A stretch of DNA of 64,000 bases from Paramoeba atlantica (Eukaryota; Protista; Discosea). The DNA lies in the NCBI GenBank assembly GCA_977017575.1, contig CDRNVI010000200.1, positions 4,133 through 68,132 of the forward strand, written 5' to 3'. The position numbers and the translations under genes are program-made. A model generated the notes under the pieces. It was not told where the DNA came from. It saw only the letters and a program-made list of their open reading frames with translations, and ran no database searches. Positions 1-12,839 of the stretch are shown in pieces (positions within the stretch are counted from its first letter, which is position 1; each line of letters starts with the position of its first letter).

Positions 1-368
1 GATTGTGGTCTCACGCTTGTTGTTCTGCCTTGGGACTTCTTCAAAGAATTCTTTCTTGATCACATCCCAATCAAAATCAAATCTGATTTTGTGGTAAAGT
101 GGCCAATCAGGAGGACAAGAAAAGCAAGCAAGCAAGTTTCTTCTTTCGATTTGTAATCCACTTTTCGGTGGAGAATCCAGACGATTTTTTGTGAGAAGAA
201 AGAGACTCAACAATAATGCAGCAACACCTGCTTACATTTTCTTGTGAGTGTTTCTCCCACCCCTTGGCAAGGACAAGATGATGAAAGTATTCCGGAAGGA
301 GTGAGCGAAGTTCGAACCAGATAGTTCTTATTCGCGATTTTCTCAACATTGAACAAACCCCTCCTCAT
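1..368 (-). pseudogene. Frameshifted SWIM zinc-finger-like coding fragment (runs off window start)
   Basis: Manual minus-strand translation from ATG 368 gives MRRGLFNVEKIANKNYLVRTSLTPSGILSSSCPCQGVGETLTRKCK. After a frameshift near 228 it continues GVAALLLSLFLLTKNRLDSPP...FDWDVIKKEFFEEVPRQNNKRETTI. The CxC...CK(H)xVAALL pattern matches the SWIM motif, and the expected His codon falls at the frameshift. Confidence 0.4.
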
Positions 369-3300
369 AAATCCCACTTATTGTTTGGAGTTTCTTGGAA
401 GAACTGAAGTTTCCTCACATCCCCACAAGCTTATTAAATCTTTTCCTTTTCGAAAATTTTGAGAACCACTCACAAAAAGAGAAAACAACAGAATTCTCAG
501 AAAAGTTGGAAGGCAAACGAGGTATCATTCACACAAAACGAAAGCAAAAAAAAAAAAAAACACAATGTCATTTTTAGAGTGTTAAATCGCGTCGCAAGTT
601 GGCCAATTTTTTTTTTGTTTTTTTTTTTTTTCGAAAAAAGAAAAAAGAAAATTTGGCTTACACACACTCACACTGAAGAATCTTTCCCCACACACACACA
701 ATTCATCGATTCCTGTCGTGATTTGCCGATTGATTTATTTTCTCTCTCTCTCTGATATTTACGAAAATTAGGTTCTTTTATTTTTTTATTTTCTCTCGAA
801 AACTTTTGTTTCGAAACTTTTGTAATTTTTCTCCATGATAGAAGGGAAATTTCCATTTTTTCGAACGAATCAATTCAAACCCCATCAAGATGGTGGATTA
901 ATCCAACCCCCCCTCCTAACCTCTGACTCACTTAACCTCTGACACTACACAAGATTGTTCTTTTTTTCGGATCAAGTTGGTTTTTATTTTACTCTCAAAA
1001 AAAGTATTTGACTGAGAATATCATCCTCTCTTTTGAGAACAGACTCTTGTCTTGCTTGGTGATGTAACACAAGCAACTTGGGGGTTTCTAATTCTCTCGA
1101 AGAGATTTGGGACCTTTTATTTTTTTTTCTGTCTGGGCGGACAGAAACCAAGATCAAAATCGCTCTTGAAAGGAATTTGTCCAACGTTTTTTGGGTTTGA
1201 AAAATTTAAACTCGAGAATATTCAATCACTCTTCTTAAGGTGCTATTTTTATAACTTTTATCTTTTCGCTTCTTTTTGCTTTTTTTTTTCTTTTCATTTT
1301 TCCCCTCTCTTTTTCTTCTTTCCCTCCTCCTCCCCCTCCCCACCTTCTTTTTTCCCTCCTCATTTTCTTCCTTTTTCTCAATTTTTTTTTTATTTTCCAA
1401 AAGAGAGATTTTGATCAAATTCTTTGTGTGTTTGCGTGCGATTTCGATAATCTCAGAAAAATATGAAAAAGAAAAACACCACCTCTGCCACCACCACATT
1501 TCCTTCTTTCCAGAAAACATGGAACGTATTGAAAAAGACTTTTCATTCTTCCCCTTCATTCTTCCTCTTTTAATAAAGCTTCGCTTTTTCAAATATCTTT
1601 GCAGAGTATTTTTTTTTTGTTTTGTTTTTCTTCCTTCTTCTTCCTGTCTTTGTGCTTCTCATCTCCTTTGAAAAGATGTTTTCTCTCTCTTCTTTCTCTT
1701 TTCTTTCTCTCTTCTTTCTCTCTTCTTTCTCTCTCCTTTCTCTCTTTCTCTCTTTCCTCTCTCTCCCCTCTCTTTCTCTTTCTCATTTCCTCATTCTCTA
1801 TTTCCCATTCTCTTTCTCTTTCACTTCACTCTCTCTCCCCTCTCTTTCTCTTTTTGATATTTACTTTCTTTTCCTTTAAAAAAAGGCTCAGACAATTCAA
1901 AAACCATCTGCTGAAGTTCCTTCGATTGGTGAGGGTGTTTTGGCTTTGGCTTGGGTTTTTTTTTTGTTTTCTTTTTTTTTTGTTATTTTGTTTTTATTTT
2001 GTTTTTGTTTTTGTTTTTGTTTTCTTTTTTTTTTATTTCATTTCATTTCTTTTTCTTTTTCTTTTTCTTTTTCTTTTTCTTTTTCTTTTCTTATTTTTTT
2101 TCTTATTTCTTTTCTTGTTTCTTTATTTATTGATAAAAAAACAAAAATTTGTTTTGTTTTGTGTTGTATTGTCTTATATTTATTATTATGAATTATTATG
2201 AATTACTCTGAATTATTAATTCTTTCTTTCTTTCTTTTATTTTTTTAATTAAATGAATAATTATTTTTTAAAAAAACAATGTACCAGAACACCCGTCATG
2301 TTTAATGGTTGGGACAACTGCAAATCAAAAATTCAATTGATTTTCGTGACTCTCCTTCTACTCTTCCTTCTTTTGTGGTTCTTTTTTTTTTCTTTTTTTT
2401 CTTTCTTTTCATTCTTTTGTGGTTGTTCTCTTCTTCTTCTTCTCTCTCCACAGCCCTTTTCCCCTTTATTCTTCTCTTTCTCTCTCTTTCTCTCTTTCTC
2501 TCTTTCTCTCTTCTCTCTCTTCTCTCTCCTCTCTCCTCTCTCCTCTCTCCTCCTCTCTCCTCTCTCCTCCTCTCTCCTCTCCTCTCCTCTCTCCTCTTTT
2601 TCTTCTCTTTTTCTTTTCTTTTTCTTCTCCCCTTCTCTCTCCCTCTCTTTCTTTCTTTCTTTTTTTTTTCAGCATTCCACTCTTTGCTCTTCCACTTGCA
2701 AGTCCGAACTTCAATCTTGGAATGACTCTTTTATTGGTTTCTTTTTGACTGCTAATGGTTATCAACTTAGTGATTGGTCCTTTTATAACAATCTCCACAT
2801 CGCAAGTCAAAAATTTGGGAAATCAATTCTAGGTGAAAATGGGCCATTGTCTCTTTATTTGACATCAACATTGATTCAGCATATGAAGACAACTCATCAG
2901 TTTTGCTGATTGATGTTTGTGTGTGTTCAACTCTCCTATTCATTTTTTCATGTGTATTTGAACATTTTTTGGTTTTTTTTTTATTTTCATTTTTTAATTT
3001 TTTTTCAAAAATAAATTTCTTTTTCTTTATTTTTCTTTCTTTTCTTTCTTTTTCTTTCTTTTTCTTTCTTTTTCTTTCTTTTTCTTTCTTTTCTCTCTTT
3101 TTTCAAAAATTATTACCACACCACACCAACAAACCAATACTACAACAACAACAACTCCTGTACCACATCACCACAACATGCAAGAAGAGGGAGATGAAGA
3201 AGAAAAATGAATTCAATATTTTTCCTCTGCTTTTTTCTTCAGGTTTTTTCTTCTCATATTTATTTGTCCTCCAATTTTTAATCCAAGTTTTCTCTTTTGG

Positions 3301-3379
3301 TTTCTCCACACTGATTTTTTTTCCCAATTTCTCAACTGGTTTCTCAACTGATTTCCCTACCGGATTTCCCCACTGATTT

Positions 3380-4221
3380 CTCCCTAACCCCTTTGGTCTC
3401 TCTTTCTCTCTCTTTCTCTCTCTCCTCTCTCTCTCTCTTTTTCCTTTCTTCTTTTTTTTTTCTATTTTCTCCTTTTCTTTTTTCTCAAAATTTACAGAAC
3501 AAAGATCAACTTCAACATGTGCCCACCTCAAATGTACTTCCTTTTTCTGGGGTTTCCTTTCTTTTCTCTTCTGATATTTCTTTTTCATTTTTCTCTTCTG
3601 TTTTTTCCTTGGTTTTTCCTCCATTTCCCCCCCCCACCCCACTGATTTCTTCTCTTATATTTCTACTGTAATTCTCCACCAATTTCTCCATCATTTTCTC
3701 TGCTGATGTTTCCACTGATTTGTTCACCAATTTCTCTACAATATTTCTCCACCAATTCTTCTATCTTCAGATCTGATTTTCTTTCTCTGCTGATACCTGC
3801 CAATTCCTCCGCCAGTTCCTCTGCAATATCTCTCTGCTTCCTCTCTGGTTTCTTTCTCTCTTTCTCTCTCTTTATTTTTTCCTTTTCTTTTCTTTTCACA
3901 CACCACATTTTTTTTTAGCCACCAAAACAACAAAACACGATTTTTTTTAGTTCTTTTTTATTTAGTTCTTTTTTTTTCACTGCCGCTCCAACAGTGTGTG
4001 TTACTCATTTTTTATTTTTTTCTTCCTTTTTTCAGGTTCCCTTTCTTTCTTTTCTTCTTTATTAAAGAGGTTGTCTTTTTTCCTTTCTTTCTCTTATTAA
4101 TTTCTCTGCAATATTTCTCCATCAATTCCCTTGCCAATTTGTTCACTAAAATCTTGACCGATTGTTCTTTAATATTTCTCTGCTTGCTCCCTCTCTCTGG
4201 TTTCTTTCTCTCTCTCTTTCT

Positions 4222-4262
<41 letters not shown>

Positions 4263-5460
4263 GATATTTTGTTCCACTGAACAGAAATAAAAAGATTTTC
4301 TGATTCCTTCACCAATCCCTCTGCCAATTATTTCTCTGCTGGTTCCTCTGCCAATTTGTTCACCAATTTCTCTGCAATATTTTTCTGCCAATTTCTCTGC
4401 TGATTTGTTTACCTTTTTTCTCTGCTCCAGATCGAGTTTCTTTCTCTGCTGGTTCCTCCGTCGATTCCTCTGCCAATTCTTCTGCAATCTTTCTTTGCTT
4501 CCTCTCTAGTTTTCTTTCTTTCCTCTTTTTCTTTATTTTTTCCTTTTTTTTTTTCTTTTCACACACCACATTTTTTTTAGCCACCAAAACAAAACATGAT
4601 TTTTTTTAGTTCTTTTTTATTTATTCCTTTTTTTTTCACTGCCACTCCAACAGTGAGTGTTGCTCATTTCTTTCTTTTTTCTCTCCCTCCCCCCCCATCC
4701 ATCCTTGATCTTTCTCTCACTTTCATTTTTTCATTAATTTTTCATTCCTTCCTTTCCCTTTCTTTTTTTTTTTCTTCTTTTCTCTCTTTCCATTCTCTTT
4801 TTCTTTTCTCTCTTTTCTCCTTTCCCCTTTCTCTTCTCTCTCTTTTTTAGAACATAAAGCAAAGAACAAAGATTCAATATTTTGCACATACACATAACAC
4901 TGCTGGATCTATGAATCGCTTTTTTTTGGGCTCACTATTTCTTCTATTGATCTGTCACCTCAAATTCTTTTATTCTTTCAAAAAAGGTTTTCTCTTTCTT
5001 TCTTTTTATTTTTTTTTGTTACAAATATTTCCTCACTTCTCTCTCTTTTCTTCTCTCTCTTCTGATTTATTTCCAATTTCCTTTGTTAATTTCTCCACAA
5101 TATTTCCCTGTTGATTTCTTTTGGAATTCCTCTTCAATATTTCTTTGCTTGCTCCCTCTCTCTGGTTTCTTTCTTTCTCTCTTTCTTTTCTCTTTCTCTT
5201 TCTCTTTCTCTTTTTCTTTCTCTTTTTTTGATATTTTGTTCCACTGAACAGAAATAAAAAGATTTTCTGATTTCTTCACCAATCCCAATCTCTCTGCCAA
5301 TTATTTCTCTGCTGGTTCCTCTGTCAATTTGTTTACCAGTTTCTCTGCAATATTTCTCCACCAATTCCCCTGCCAAGTTGTTCATCTTTTTTCTCTGTCA
5401 ATTCCTCTGCAATGTTTCTCTGCCAATTCTTCTATTGATTCTTCTCTCTTTGGTGTGTGT
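3380..5460. repeat. Degenerate local repeat array embedded in TC-rich sequence
   Basis: Recurring blocks: CACCACATTTTTTTTAGCCACCAAAAC at ~3901 and ~4564; GATATTTTGTTCCACTGAACAGAAATAAAAAGATTTTCTGATT at ~4263 and ~5231; CTCT(G/A)CAATATTT motif at ~3734, ~4105, ~4373 and ~5344. Confidence 0.7.
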
Positions 5461-8400
5461 GTTTATCTTTCTTTCTTTCCTTTCTTTTTTTTTTCTCTTT
5501 TTTTTTTATTATTTTATTCTCATTTTCTTTTTTTTTCTCAAAACAAAGAACAAGTTCAAAGTTGCATGCACACAACACCATGTGTGGGGGGGTGTGTTCT
5601 TTTTTTCACCAGTCAAAACACCACAATGTGATTTTTTTTCATGTCCTCTTTTTCACCACTTTGCAACCTTCTTCCTTTTTTCAGGTTTCTTTTTTTTTGA
5701 TTTCTTTCTTTGGTTTCTCCCTCAATTTTTTAGTTTTCTTTCTCTCTCTCTCTCTCTCTTTTTTTTTTTTTTTTTTTTTATTTTTCTCAAAATACAAAAC
5801 ACAGAACAACAATTGTATTCCACCAATTTTTCTTGTGTTGATTTCTCTTGGAATTTCTCCTTTAATTTTTGTTTACCTTGGTTTTTTTTTTTCTTTCTTT
5901 CTCTTTTTCTTTATTTTTCCTTTCTTTTTTCTCAAAAAAAAACACAATTCACAAAGAACAAACCCAAAACTCCATTTTTTGTATTTTTCTCTTTCCTCTC
6001 CCTCACTGAGTTCTCATTTTTCTTTTAATATTTTCAGATGAATTTTACATAATAGAGAAAATTATCTTCAGAACACTTTTTTTGTTTTAAAACTTCTCTC
6101 ACCAAATTCTAAAATGAATTGATTCACAGAAAAGGGTTTCATTTTATTTCTTTCTTTCTCTTTCTCTTTTCTCTCTTTCAAGTTTTCAAGTTTTTCAATT
6201 TGGTTGTTTGTTTGTTGGTTTAGTTAAAAGAAAAATGAATTTTACAGTTTTGGTTTTTCTTTTCTAACCACACTTCTTTTTCCTTCCTTTTCTTTTAATT
6301 TTTATTATTTTAGTTTCATTCTCTGCTGCTGTTGATTTAGTTTTTGATTTCCTCACTGAGTTTTCTTTGCTGTTGATTTCTCCACTGATTTTTGTTTTTT
6401 GTTGTTTGTTCTCCTCTTCTCCCCTTGAAACCCTCTCTTCTGGTTTTTCTCTCTTTCTTTTCCCTTTCTTTTTTTTCTTGTCTCATCCTCTCTCTCTTAT
6501 TAAATTATATTCTTTGTTTCAGTAAAGTGGAAAGAAAAATACAATGATGTTTAATGACTCTTTTCTAGGTTCAATTTTTTGAATTACTTTTTTCTTTTTT
6601 CCTCTCTCTCTCTCTTTTTTCTCTTTTCTTTTTCTTATTTTTTCTTTCAAAATACAGAACAAATAACATCATTGAATGAGCTCTCTTCTTGTTGATTTCT
6701 CCTCCAATTTCTTTTTTGCTTTCTCTGCTCCCTCTCTCTCTGGTTTCTCTCTCTCTCTCTCTCTATTTTCTCCCCTGTTTTCTCTCCCTCAAATTTCTCT
6801 CCTCTTTTCTTTTTTCTTTGTTCTTTCTCATTTTCTTTCTTTTCAAAATACAGAACAAACAAAAATTAAAAGTTTTTTTTGTACTGATTGATGTGTATTT
6901 ATTATTAGATGTTGTGAGATGTTGTGAGATGCTTCTCCAATTTTTCTCACCTGCTTTCTTTTTGATTTTCTCTGAGCTTTCTCTGCTTTCTGTTCTTGTT
7001 TCTGGTTTCTCTTTCTTCCTCTTTCTTTTCTTTTTCTTTTCTTTTCTCTGCTTTCTCCTCTCATTTTCTTTCTTTTCAATACACAGAAAAACACAAAAAA
7101 AAGAAATTTCCTCTCTAATTGAACATTCAAGAGTGTTCACCTCCTTTTTTTCATCACCCCTCCTCTCCTTTAAGGTTTTTCTCAATTTTTTTTCTTTCTT
7201 CTCTCTCTCTTTCTCTCTAAAATACATGTATTTCCTAAAGTGTAGTATGTTTAAATGAATAAGTTTTCTCTTCTCTTTCTTTTTCTTCTCTTTTCTCTTT
7301 TCTCTTTTCTCTCTCTTCTCTTTCATTCTTATTAACCTTCTTTGGTACAGAGGAATATTTTTGGGTGGTTCAAATCTCAAATGAATTAAAATTAATTGTT
7401 TCCAAAGTTTCTCCTCTTTTTCTTTTTCTTTTTCTTTTTTTTTCTCTGTTTTTCTTCCCTTTTGATTGACTAAAATATCCTTTTTCTTCTTCTCTTTTCT
7501 TCTTTTCTCTTTTTCTTCTTCTTTCTTTCTCAGAAAGCATGTATGCACACATGAGAGAAGTTCTTATTTGTAAATAAATGTTACTGATAATATCAAAAGG
7601 GTTATGTTTCTAAGATTTCTCTTCTCTTCTCTTCCCTTCTCTTCTCCTCTCCTCTCCTCTCTCCCTCTCTCCTCTCTTTTTCTTCTCTTCTCTTCTCTTC
7701 TCTTCTCTCTCTTTTTTCTCTTTTTTCTCTTCAAGGAATTATTTTTCTCATCCTTTTTTCTCTTTTCTTTTTCTCTTTTTTTTTCTTTTCATTTTCTTTC
7801 TTTATTCTTTGTTCTTTTCTCTTTTTTCATTCTCTCTTCTCTCTCTCTCTCTCTTTCTTTTCTCTTCTCTTCTCTTCTCTTTCCACTCTTCATTCTTTAA
7901 AATATTTTATTTGATAAAATAGAAAATGAAACTGATGAAATGATTTAATAATTTAATTTCCTTCTCTCCATAGAGAAAAGGTTTTTTTCTTTTCTTTTTT
8001 TTCTTTTTCTATTCTTATTTTTCTTTTTCTCTCTCTCTTTCTTTCTTTCATGCACATAAAACTGAGAAAAATATATTTCTGAAAAATTAAAAGGTTTTTT
8101 TTCTCTCTCTTCTTTCTCTGTTTTTTTTTTTCTTCTCTTCTCTCCTCTCTTCTCCTCTCCTCTCCTCTCCTCTCCTCTCCTTTTTTCTTATTTTTATTTT
8201 TATTTTTATTTTTGTTTTTTAATATTTTTTGTCCTACTGAACAAAAAGAAAAATGTTTTCTTTGGTTTTTTCTCATTTTTTTATTTTTATTTTCTCTTCT
8301 TTCAATTTCTTTTCTTTTAAATCTTTGTTTGATTCATTACTCCTTACTTTTAAATTGGACTCTATTCTTGTTCTCTTTTTTTCTGGTTTTTTCTTTTTTC

Positions 8401-8717
8401 TCTCTCTCTTCTCTTTCTCTTTCTTTTTCTTTCTCTCCACCAAAAATAATCTTAGTTCTTTTCCTTCTTCTCTCTTCTCTCTCTTTTCTCTCTTTTCTCT
8501 TTTCTTCTTTCTCTTCTCTCTCTTCTCTCTCTTCTTCCCTCTTCTCTCTCTCTTCTCTCTCTTTCCTCTTCCCCTCTTCCTCCTTCTCTCTTTTTTCTTC
8601 CTTTTCTTTCTTTCTTTTTCTTTCTTTTTCTTTTCCCCTTTTTTTCTTTCTCTCTCTTTCTCTCTTTCTTCTCTTTTTCTTTCATTCTTCTTTCTCTCTC
8701 TCTCTCTCTCTCTCTCT

Positions 8718-10200
8718 CAGATTTGAATTTGGAGATCAATCTTTTTTGGTGCCTCTTGCAAAAAGTATGAATGTGTTTATGATTCTGAAATGCAATATTT
8801 ATGAAGGTCTTTTCTCTTTCTCTCTCTCTTTCTCTTTTTTCTTTTTTCTTTCTCTTTTTTCTTTCTCTTTCTTCTTTCTTCTTTTTTCTTTCTTCTTTTT
8901 TCTTTCTTCTTCTCTTTTCTCTCCCTCTCCCTCTCTTGATTTTTTATTTTCTTGAGTGTGTATGTTTAAATTAACAAATTTTCTCTTTTCTTTCTTTTTC
9001 TTCTTTTTTCTCTCTTCTCTTTTTTCTCTTCTCTTCTCTTCTCTTCTCTTCTTTGTTCTCTCTATTTCTCTTCTCTTTTTCTTCTTATCTCTTTCTTCTC
9101 TTCTCTTCTCTTCTCTTCTCTTCTCTTCTCTTCTCTTCTCTTCTCTTCTCTTCTCTTTTCTCCTCTTCTCAAGGGATTATTTTTCTAATCCTCTTTTCTC
9201 TTTTTTTCCCTTCCTCTCCTCTCCCCCTAATCTCTTCTCTCTTTTCTTTTTCTCCAGATGTGTATGCAACAAAGAGAATATTAACTGAGGTGGGGATTGT
9301 TTTTAGTGGAGAAGTGACTCTCCTGGTTCTTTTTTTCTCTCTTTCTTTCTCCTCTTCCTCTCCTCTTCCTCTCCTCTTCCTCCTCTTTCTCCTCTCTCTC
9401 CCTCTCTCCCTCTCCCCTCTCCCCTCTCCCCTCTCTCCTCTCTTTCCTCTCTTTCTTTTCTCTTTAAAATAATAAATAATAATAATAATTTTCTTATAGA
9501 ATGTGTGTGAACCACCCTAAACCCTTATCTTCTGTTTTGAAGCATAAGGATTGGTCTTTTCAAGTTAAAAAAGCAATAGTTCTTTTCTCTCTTCTCTCTT
9601 TCTGTTCTCTTTTTGTTCTCTTCTCTCTTTCTTTCTCTTTTTTTTCTCTCTCTCTTCTCTTTTCTTTTCTTTTCTTCTCTCTTTTCTCTTTTCTTCTTTT
9701 TTCTTTTCTTTTTCTCTTTTTCTTTCAGTCAATAACAAAAAAATAAAATAGATTCTGATTAATAAAATCAGAGGAGAAAGATATCATCATAGTATTACAA
9801 CAAGGTTTTTTTTAATTTTCTCTTTCTTTCTCTCTTTTTCTTTCTTTTTTCTCTTTTTTTTTTCTTTCTTTTTCTTTCTTTTTCTTTCTTTTTCTTTTTC
9901 TTTCTCTTTTTCTTTCTCTCTTTCCTCTTCCCCTCTCTTTCTTTCTCTCTTCTCTTTTCCTCCTTCTCTCTTTTTTTTTTTCATAATGGTTCTCACTTTT
10001 CTTTCTTTTTTCTTTTTCTTTTCTCTTTTTTCTTTCTCTCTCTTTCCCTCTTTCTCTCTCTCTTCTCTTTTTCTTTCTTTCTTTTTTCTCTCTCTCTCTC
10101 TTTCTTAGATTTGAATTTGGAAATCAATTTTTTTTTAGTGCAAAAAGTATGAATGTGCTTATGATTCTGAAATGCAATATTTATAAAGGTCTTTTCTCTC
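8718..10200 (+). repeat. Two ~100-bp paralogous blocks (8718-8815 and 10108-10200) with exon-like borders
   Basis: AGATTTGAATTTGGA(G/A)ATCAAT...GCAAAAAGTATGAATGTG(T/C)TTATGATTCTGAAATGCAATATTTAT(G/A)AAGGTCTTTTCTCT is present twice. Each copy follows a polypyrimidine tract ending in AG. Confidence 0.75.
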
Positions 10201-11044
10201 TCTCATCTTTCTCTTTCTCTCTTTCTCTTTCTTCTTTCTCTTTTTCTCTTTCTTCTTTCTTCTTTTTTCTTCTTTTTTCTTTTCTTTTTCTTTTCTTCTT
10301 TTCTTTTTTTTTTTTTTTTTCCTTTTTAATTCACTTTCATTGAATATGATAATATGGTATTTTTGTGAGTTTTTTCTTTTTCAACTTTCTTAAACACAAA
10401 AAAGACAATAATACAGAAAGGTTTTTTTTTTCTTTCTCTTCTTTTTTTTCTTTTTTCTTTTTTCTTTTTTTTTTGAGATACTTTTTATTTAAGTGAATCA
10501 TTAATCCTTCCCTACCCACCTTGAATTTGATGCTCTTTTTCTCTCTCTCTCTCTGTGTGTGTATGTGTGTTCTCTTCACATTGATTGATTATTGGTTTTT
10601 CTTTCTTTCTTTTTCTTTCTTTTTTTTTCTCTCTTCTTTTCTTTTCTTCTCCTTTTTCTCTCCAATGCTCTCTCTTTCTCCCTTTCTTTTCTTTCTTTCT
10701 TTTTCTTTTTTTCTCACTTAAATTCTCTTTTTCATTTTATTCCAGGATTTGTGAAATATCTTTTTAATCTTCAAAAAGATTCAGTTTTCATTTCAATAAT
10801 TCTGTGCACAATACACAACACTCCTCTTCATTTCAAAGGAGGTAACAATTTAATTCTTTTTCTTTTTTTTTCTTTTTCTTTCTCTCTTCTATCTTCTCTT
10901 TCTTTTTCTCTTCTCTCTTCTCTTCTCTTTTTCTCTTTTTCTCTTTCTCTTTTTTTTTCTTTTTTTCTTTCTATTCCTTTCTCTTACAACCATCTATTTT
11001 AAATAAAAATCTCTTTCATTAAAAAAAAAAAAAAAATGATTTCC

Positions 11045-12332
11045 TTAAAAAATAAGCAATCTCCAATGTTTTTGTTAAGTTTAAAGCCAAACTTAACACT
11101 GAGTGGAAGATTGCAGAAACAAAAAACCTATCCTTTCACCAACTCCTCACTAGGCTCACCAATCTACTCCTAGAATCCAACGACTCAACAGCTCTCAAGT
11201 ATCAAAAGAAGCTCACCAGCTATCAGTTTCAAGAAAACAAAAAAAAGATAATTCAAAATGATAACTTTATTCTACTGTAAGCTATGCTTTGAGAGAATGA
11301 AGCTGACCCAATTTCTCATGTGTGGATGATAGCTTACCCAAATTCTAAAGGAGAAGATACTCACTACAATAAACCAGATTTTTTGAGTGCTGAGGAGTAT
11401 TGCTTTGCTTATTGGTGCTGCTTTAACATCACAGATCCCACCCTTTTGTCTCTCTCAAGTCAAAGCACTGTTACTTGCAAGGCCTGCTCCAAACTTGTAT
11501 CAAGTTCCCTTCACCTCTTTGACTGTGTGAAATATAACCAAAGTATGAATGATAAGCATCATTATTTTGTGAAACAACTTCTCCAAATCTCCAAACTTGT
11601 ACAATTTGATGTGGTTCCAGATGACCATTTCTCTTCTATTGGTCATTGCAACAAGAAACCAGACTTAACTTTCAAACATTGGCAAGGTGGGAAACACTTA
11701 TGTCTGGATACTATAGTCATTTCAACCCAAGGCAGGAATGCAATATTTAGGTTTCAAGGTATGACAACAGGCACATCAAATATGTGCAACCTCAGGAATC
11801 CACTTGCAATTCCACACATGGTGAGAATCTGAAAGCTGAATGAATATCTATTAGAACACTTACACATCAAAATGTTGAATGCAGGAAGAGATAACAATAC
11901 CTCTGAAGAAGTAAGGACCTTTAAAGAAATTAAATTGTTCAACTCTTCAAGTGTGGAAGTTCTCTTTCTTTTTATTTTAACTTCATCAAGCAATGCAGTT
12001 TCACCAAATGTAACAAACTTCTTGAAGTGTATTACCTCTGAGGTTTTGCAAAAAGGTATGATATTAAATCAAGATCTCTATTGAACCTTCTTGCAATATA
12101 CACAGCAATGACTCTCTATTGCACTCATTGGCAGTATGGTGAGAAACATGAAATCTATTTAGTAAGGTCTTTACATTTCTTCTTTTTCTCCTTCTCTTAA
12201 CAATCTACCATAACAAACTCTGTACTTTAAGGAGCAAAGTTTTTAAGTGCTTCTCTTTAAAGATATTCAAAATGTTTTATCTTTCTTTTTTTTCTTTGTT
12301 TACAATTAAAATAAATTAGAAAATTAAAAAAA

Positions 12333-12376
<44 letters not shown>
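11045..12376 (+). mobile_element. 5'-truncated non-LTR retrotransposon, C-terminal CCHC + restriction-like endonuclease (RLE) region, with poly(A) tail
   Basis: One frame runs 11059-12162 without frameshift: KYQKKLTS...WMIAYP...CKACSKLVSSSLHLFDC (CCHC knuckle)...DKHHYFV (RH-like)...KPDL...LCLDT (PD..D)...RI*KLNEY...NFLKCI...QQ*LSIAL. Internal stops are TAA 11278 and TGA 11290, 11830, 12082, 12109. A 38-nt poly(A) lies at 12339-12376. Confidence 0.8.
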
Positions 12377-12378
<2 letters not shown>

Positions 12379-12497
12379 AAATTTTTTTTTTTTATTTGCT
12401 TCAAAAAACAAGTTTAAACAAATAAACAAAAAAAACTACAGCCTAAACCCTAATTATTTAAAAAAATATCAAAAAAAAGAAACTGAACCCCTAACCC

Positions 12498-12805
12498 ATC
12501 ACATCACATTGTGCTTTATTTGAGAGAAAAATAGGCTTCTTTGGATACAGTAAATCACAAGAGAATAAGATGATATCATTTTCAATAAATAAAGAACAGT
12601 TTCTGAAGGAAAAAACAATAAACCCAAAATTATTTAAATATTATTTAAAAAAATACTAGAAAAAAGAAACAAAACCCCTCACATCACATCACATTGTGCT
12701 TTATCTGAGAGAAAAATAGGATTCTTTGAATAGAGTAAATCACAAGGGAATAAGACGATGTAATTTTCAATGATAAAGAACAGTTTCTAAAGAAAAAAAC
12801 AATTA
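12498..12805. repeat. ~185-bp tandem duplication
   Basis: CACATCACATTGTGCTTTAT(T/C)TGAGAGAAAAATAGG...GTAAATCACAAG...AAAGAACAGTTTCT occurs at ~12498 and ~12683. Confidence 0.8.
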
Positions 12806-12839
12806 AAATAACAACGATAATTGGTAAAGGTGAAAAAAT

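Noticed and set aside
984-1184. 66-aa minus-strand ORF in complex sequence
   Set aside because: It may be coding or part of the SWIM locus, but has no motif, no ATG start and no splice support.
1200-11000. Dozens of 60-260 aa ORFs in the ORF track (poly-F/L/S or poly-K/R/E)
   Set aside because: They are translations of TC/GA microsatellite tracts that lack stop codons by composition. The same applies to most ORFs inside introns at 49-58 kb.
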